DNA of 64,000 nucleotides from Vicugna vicugna. Lineage: Eukaryota. Location of the stretch: contig MU060195.1 of the NCBI GenBank assembly GCA_013265495.1, forward strand, positions 1 to 64,000, written 5' to 3'. Below the pieces are notes generated by a model that saw nothing but the letters and a program-made list of their open reading frames with translations, had not been told where the DNA came from and made no database searches. Both the position numbers and the translations under genes were made by a program. Positions 60,195-64,000 of this stretch are shown piece by piece. Within the stretch, counting starts at the first letter, position 1. Each line of letters begins with the position of its first letter.

Positions 60195-61829
60195 ATTGTG
60201 AATAGCCTTTCTCTGTACAGTACCTGTCCTGTGGGTCCTGAAGAAACGTAATGGACAAGGCCATGGGGATATTTAGCTGTCAAGTAAGTACCAGTCACTT
60301 AACAGATGCTGCTGGCCTTTGCTAACACACAGACACGCACATGTATGTCCAGGCACATGTGTGTGTGTGCACGCGTAGGGGCAGATGTGTGTCTGCACAT
60401 ACTGGACGGTGAGTGGGGAGCGCGCCCACCTCGGTCTGTGGGCTGTCTGAGGAGAACCCGTCTCTCTAAACAGACACCGACGCGTCCCTCCCACAGCAGG
60501 AAGAGCACGCGTCTGCCTCCTCTATCGTGCAGTTAAAACCGCTAAGAAAACACTTTTTTTCAACTTTTGAAGTTATTTATTTATTTATTTGTTGGTTTTT
60601 TTGTTGTTCAAATTTCCCTGTCACAGTAACACTACCGCAGTGGCAGCCACACCCCACCTCCTCCCCCATGGCAGCATCACCGTCCCGTTCCCTGGAAGGA
60701 GCGATTAGAAAACTCAGGAAGGAGCTGTAACTGAGGCTCCAGGGAGAGGACCTGGCCTCTGGTGGACAAAGCAACTGCCCTGCTGGTGGCTGGGGGGCCG
60801 CCGCGGTGCCCAGGGGCAGCTCTGACCTAACGGAAGTGAGTGGGGGGAACTGAGATGACACCAGCCGTGCACAGAGGGCGGGAGGAGGTGTCGGCCGTCG
60901 CTCTGGGAGGAGTGGCTGCGTCGGGGGCCACTGCAGCTGGACCAGCCAGCAGGCCACCACTCTGGTCACAAGCAGGGGCTGTGCTGCCTTTGAACGGAGG
61001 ACGTGTGCCGTCCGGGTATGGGGACAACGCGTGGGTTCTTGGGGTGGTCCTGTCGAGTAACAGACGATCCTGGGGAAGAGGAAGGGACAAGCAAGACATA
61101 GGGCTCGCCTTCGCTCAGGCTGGAAAGCTGAGCGACTGCACGCAAGCTGAGGGGACGCCCCTGACGCACCCACACGGGAGGACAGGTGCTCCCGGGAGCT
61201 GCTGAGAGCTGGACCAACATACTGACGTGGCAGAGGACGGGCATTTCATTTTATTTCACTTCTGCAATACGTAAACAGAGTAATGTTGTTCCAGTCCATT
61301 GCATTTCTTCAGTGACTCTTCACAGCACGCAGTTCTGTGGAGTACTGCCAGGGTCTACGTGATGGTCTTCTTTTCCAGCCCTCCAGGAAATACTTACAAC
61401 TTGTAAAAAGCTACATAAAAAGATCTTATTAACAGAGATCCAAGATGCCACCATCCTGTAATATTCAGTGTGGACTCAAAACAAGCACTGAGAACTCCTG
61501 GGTGGCATGAGCTCACAAAAGGCACCCACCCAGCACGCATGTGGTCCTGCGGACACGAGCCTCAGTTTCCTCACCTTCCCAGGCTCGCCTGGGTTCCCGG
61601 AGGCTGGCCCCTTCGCAAGGCGCACGGAGCAGCGCAGTCCTTCCCCGCCCTCACCCGGGCCGCCCGCACCCAGGGGCATGCCTGTGCCCTCCTTGACCTT
61701 GTGTTTCTACTGTGGCCATTTCGATGCCAGGCTTTTTGACAGGACCACAGGGCCCTCCTGTCCTCAATGTCCTGACACAAGCTGAAGGGATGCAACACTC
61801 CAAGCTTTCGTGTCAGTAGTGTACGTGCA

Positions 61830-62250
61830 AAGCCGCCGAGCGCTCGGCCTCCTAGCCCGTCTCAGACCTTCAGCCTGTAAAGAGGGCCTCGGCACACAGG
61901 TGCGGGTGGAGGACAGACCAGAGGCGGTCGGAGGGGGGGGCGGACCCGCGCCTCAGCCCCAGGGCGGGGCGCCCGCTGCTCGCCGCAAACTGTCTCCTCT
62001 TCCTCTGCGAGGTCGTTACGTCGTGAAAGCCGCACATCACCACTTCTCGGATTTCCCCCTCCTGTTCAGGAAGAGTTAAGTGGACGGAATGACCTCGGGC
62101 CACGCGCCACTCAGCTGCACAAGAAGGCGGCAGTGCCACCTCTCCCAGCAGCACAGCCCACCCGCGAAGCGGCTCTGGCTCTGGCAGGCAGGACTCACCC
62201 CCCGTCGGGGGGCAGATCCACTTTAAAAATGAGGCTCCACTTCTGGCGGG
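61830..62250. promoter_or_regulatory. CpG island-like segment with GC boxes
   Basis: High CG density; GGGGCGGA at about 61937-61944 and GGGCGGGGC at 61962-61970; no recognisable repeat. Confidence 0.45.
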
Positions 62251-62984
62251 ACAGCGTGCGGCCCACTCCCCAAGCCAGTAACTGCCAAAACCAGTAACTG
62301 CACCTTACGTTGGTTACTTGTTACATTTCTTTATGCGGACGTGTCATATCAGTTATTGACATATGTAATTCTACACGTGTGTGTCGCACACCGCGTCCCG
62401 GTCGCCCTTGTCTCAGCTGGAAAGAGGGAGGCTCCACTCAGAGAGGAGCCAGCGAGGCCCGAGGCTCCGGCCCTGCTGCCCAGAGCCTGGGTCACCCAGA
62501 GGGAGGCCCAGCCTTGGCCTCGGCCCGGAGTTGTCGCTCAGCGACTTTGCCTGGGGGGAGAAGAGGCCCTGGAACGGCTTCTCATCTCTTCCCAGAGAGC
62601 TGACTTCCTCTGAAACAGGTGCAGACAAGTCCACGCCTGAGGCCACTCTCACAAGCAGTGGAAGCTGCAGTGATGAGTGGCGGGGAGGAGGCTGCTGCAC
62701 TCATTAGCCATCGAGGTTAAACCACAGACTGAGCAGTTTGCGGGAGTGGCTTTCGATAAAAAAAGCTGTGGGGAGGAGGCTTCATGTAGCCAGAGTGTGT
62801 CTCAAATACTGGCCAGAGAGCAGGATGTGGACATCACAGGAGACAGAGAGCCCTGCCCAAAACACTGCCAGCCCCGCATGATGCGGACACGCCTGGGCTG
62901 AGCCCCGGGGCTTCACACTGAGGGGGAGGCACAGACGTCCCCGCAACGAACACAAGTAAATAAAATGAACAAGACCCAAAGCCC

Positions 62985-64000
62985 CACGGGGGCGGCGGTG
63001 GTTAGCCAGTACCAAGAATGCCTACAGTGTCATATCGAGAATGCCAAAAATGTGCCCATGGGCAAAGAAACGGGTAAGTGTGACCTCTGGATGGGGAGGA
63101 GCCAAATGCCATAGTGACTGACGAAGACTCAAAGCAGCCGTCACGGCGATGCTCAAAGAATTAAAGGAGACCACGAGGAAAGAGGTAAAGGCATGTCTGG
63201 TGACAGCAGGGGAGAAAATATTTGCAAACCCTATATCTGGTCAGGGATTTACATCTAAAATGAATCAAGAACTCCTACAACTCAGTCATAAGAAGACGAA
63301 TAACTCATGTAAAAATGGGCAAAGTATCTGAACACAAATGTCTCCAAAAAAGACACACAGATGACCAGCAGGCACAGGAAAGAAGGCTCAACAGCACCAG
63401 CCACGAGAGAAGCAAGTCGGAGCAGCAGCAACACGGCCGTGTCCTCACGAGGCGCGGCAGCCAAAACACCGACGGTGGAGCGTCGCAGAGGACGCGGAGG
63501 AAGCCCTCTCCCGCCGCGGCGGGAGCTCAGAACGGGGGCCGCACTGGAAGGCAGCCTGGGGGCCTCTCAGACGGTCAAAGACGGGGTCAACGTGCGGCCT
63601 AACGACCTCACTCCTACGTGTACCCAAGAGAAATAAAACCACGTCCACAAGAAACGTGCACGCTCGTGGTCGTGGTGCATCACTCCCAGCAGCCAGCAGC
63701 TGGGAACAACCCAGATGTCCATCAGCCTACAAGTGGATGAATGGCGTGTGGCCCACCCGGACAGACGTGCTGTGCTGTCTGACTATGAGGCCGTGCCGTT
63801 CCGGCACATGCTGTAACACGGATGAATCCTGGAAACATTGCTTGACTGCGAGAAGCCAGTTATGGAAAACCACACATTATATAATTCCATTCATATGAAA
63901 TGTCCAGAACGGGCAAACCTAGAGAGAGAAACACTGGACTTGCGGCTGCGCAGAGCTGCGGGGCTGAAGGCTGGCGAAAGGGGCTGGCAGATAAAGGCTG
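62985..64000 (+). mobile_element. Old L1M (L1MB-like): ORF1 start joined to ORF2 end and 3' UTR, heavily GC-shifted
   Basis: MLKELKETTRKEVK (ORF1-like) followed by EKIFANPISGQGFTSKMNQELLQL (ORF2-like); later ACTCCTACGTGTACCCAAGAGAAATAAAAC, CTGGGAACAACCCAGATGTCCATCA, ATAATTCCATTCATATGAAATGTCCAGAACGGGCAAAC. Confidence 0.8.

Noticed and set aside
60577-61205. Longest ORFs (198 aa on minus, overlapping 121 aa on plus)
   Set aside because: GC-rich, Pro/Ala/Arg-biased, open on both strands, no domain; typical of stop-codon depletion at high GC.
1-64000. CRISPR arrays, prokaryotic operons or defence systems, rRNA, snRNA, NUMT
   Set aside because: The sequence is mammalian repeat-rich DNA; I saw no regularly spaced direct-repeat/spacer array and no recognisable rRNA, snRNA or mitochondrial sequence.

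Overview
Mammalian (non-prokaryotic) genomic DNA, almost certainly camelid: it carries a Vic-1-type tRNA-derived SINE and eight or more short 3' ends of a cetartiodactyl/camelid L1, and I saw no ruminant Bov-A/BovB or suid PRE-1. I could not support any protein-coding gene, tRNA/rRNA gene or CRISPR array. The listed ORFs are explained by repeats, N gaps or high GC. The window is mainly interspersed repeats: old L1M/L1ME/L1MC, younger L1 tails, L2, MIR, MaLR/ERVL/ERV1 solo LTRs, and hAT and Tigger DNA elements. It also has simple repeats, three N gaps (each at an L1) and CpG-rich patches. By my count L1 pieces lie about equally on both strands, which suggests intergenic DNA rather than an intron of a strongly transcribed gene. 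The best-supported observations are: (i) locally strong AT-to-GC remodelling of repeats, consistent with GC-biased gene conversion and visible by comparing paralogous L1 tails inside the window; (ii) an intact palindromic MER53 with its 8-bp TSD that encodes a miR-1302-like arm with a changed seed; (iii) an intact ERV1-type solo LTR with a 4-bp TSD, TATA and AATAAA, upstream of several exon-like units; (iv) a 5'-inverted (twin-primed) L1; (v) AT-rich homeodomain/POU motif clusters that look like enhancers. Repeat family names come from my recollection of consensus sequences, not from a search, and most old-repeat boundaries are approximate.
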